Shown: positions 62,951 through 64,000 of the stretch, in pieces
Layout of the letters: the number at the start of each line of letters is the position of its first letter
Position numbering within the stretch: position 1 is the first letter of the stretch
Assembly: GCA_028534125.1 (NCBI GenBank)
Contig: CM052817.1
Coordinates: 91,204,001-91,268,000, forward strand
From: Lama glama
Taxonomy: Eukaryota
Direction of reading: 5' to 3'
Length of the DNA: 64,000 bases
Made by a program: the position numbers and the translations under genes
The notes under the pieces: model-generated
Told to the model about the DNA's origin: nothing
Database searches by the model: none
Seen by the model: only the letters and a program-made list of their open reading frames with translations

Positions 62951-64000
62951 TGGTTCTTGATTCAAGTATTCTTGATTTAGTTTTTAGTATTTATTTTATT
63001 TCCTTGCATTGGTTTTTCCCAATACATGAACCTTTGTTACCATATGTTGTCTCTTAATATAATAACATAATATTTGCCACTGTCTCTCAAATACTTTGTC
63101 TCCTCATTTCTTTTTGTTATGTTTTTTGTTATAAATTCTTTTTGTTGCCTCAGCCTGTGTTTTCTAATTCTGATTGAAGCTAGTCTGTCATTTTCTCAAT
63201 GACTTTAGCTCGTTTTGCAATAGGATACAGTTTTGATCCTGGTTTTCTGGCATGCTTTCACCGTCTAAACGGATGTTATTCTGATTCTTATTCACTTTCT
63301 GTGAAGGTTTTCTAAGTTTTTAGAAGGAAGTGTGGTTCAGGAGTTTTTCTGGCTTCACAGAACTGTTCAAACCTTTGACTCCTATTGGGCCCTATTGCGT
63401 CTTTTTCACACACATTTTCACATACTTGCTTTTTATCAGAGTAACCACCCCAGAACTCAGCTTGGCAAAGATATGATGACATCAAAAGGATGTAGAGCAA
63501 TCCTGTTGAAACTGGATCAAATCAAGCTGGTAGTTTGCTTAGAGCCTGACAGATATCAAATATTGCCATTTGTCCCACACCTTGGTGCCTGTGTTTGTTG
63601 GCTGCAGTGCACTCTGTCAGTCTGGTCCACCACTGGGGTGATGCTGATGCTGCTCATCTTGAAACCACACTTGAGAAACCAGTAGGACCTTTCACTGATT
63701 TTTTTTTTTTAATAGAAAAGAAAGATTTTCAAAGTTATACTGCCAGCCAAGAAATCTCTTCTTTGGACTCATGTACTCAGATAGGCAAGCAAATTGGTGA
63801 AAAAGAACTGTGTATATTCCAGTCGAACAGTTTGGAAACATGTGTGCGTGTTTTTGCGCATGTGTGCTTGTGAGAAGAGCAGACTTGCTTGCAGTTAGTT
63901 GCACGAACACAAAGATGTATGTTGGGAAAACTGGTTTGCATTTCTTTGCCTTAATCTAGATTTATAGTTGGAGGGTGGGTTGGGGAACTACTTGAGTTGA

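Larger units (their letters stand above)
47629..64000 (+). other. NOCT: NOCT intron 1 (continues past the window end)
   Basis: Starts GTGAGT. No exon-2 peptide (V.SMG.GTSRLYSAL...) appears in any ORF downstream, and the region is repeat-rich. Confidence 0.85.

Noticed and set aside
1..64000. CRISPR array, operon or prokaryotic defence system
   Set aside because: The sequence is mammalian, with no repeat-spacer array or gene-dense region.

Overview
Mammalian genomic DNA, most likely a camelid: about 14 copies of a tRNA-derived SINE match my recollection of the camelid Vic-1 family. The only protein-coding sequence I can support is exon 1 of NOCT (nocturnin/CCRN4L), + strand, CDS 47439-47628, in a CpG-island promoter with two CACGTG E-boxes. 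The remaining ~16 kb is NOCT intron 1 (exon 2 is not in the window), and the first ~47 kb is repeat-rich upstream DNA: L1, L2, MIR, MaLR/ERVL and ERV1 solo LTRs, hAT/Tigger fossils and one 500-N scaffold gap. I see no evidence of a new multi-gene system. The best leads are regulatory or retrotranspositional: three MER41-like solo LTRs upstream of NOCT whose STAT-like site has 4-bp spacing, a promoter-like CpG/GC-box patch in intron 1 that could give a transcript without the mitochondrial presequence, an exon 1 layout suited to leaky scanning, and several TSD-flanked micro-insertions, two of which look like retrocopied mRNA 3' ends. Repeat names are by-eye and from memory, and boundaries are approximate unless TSDs are given.
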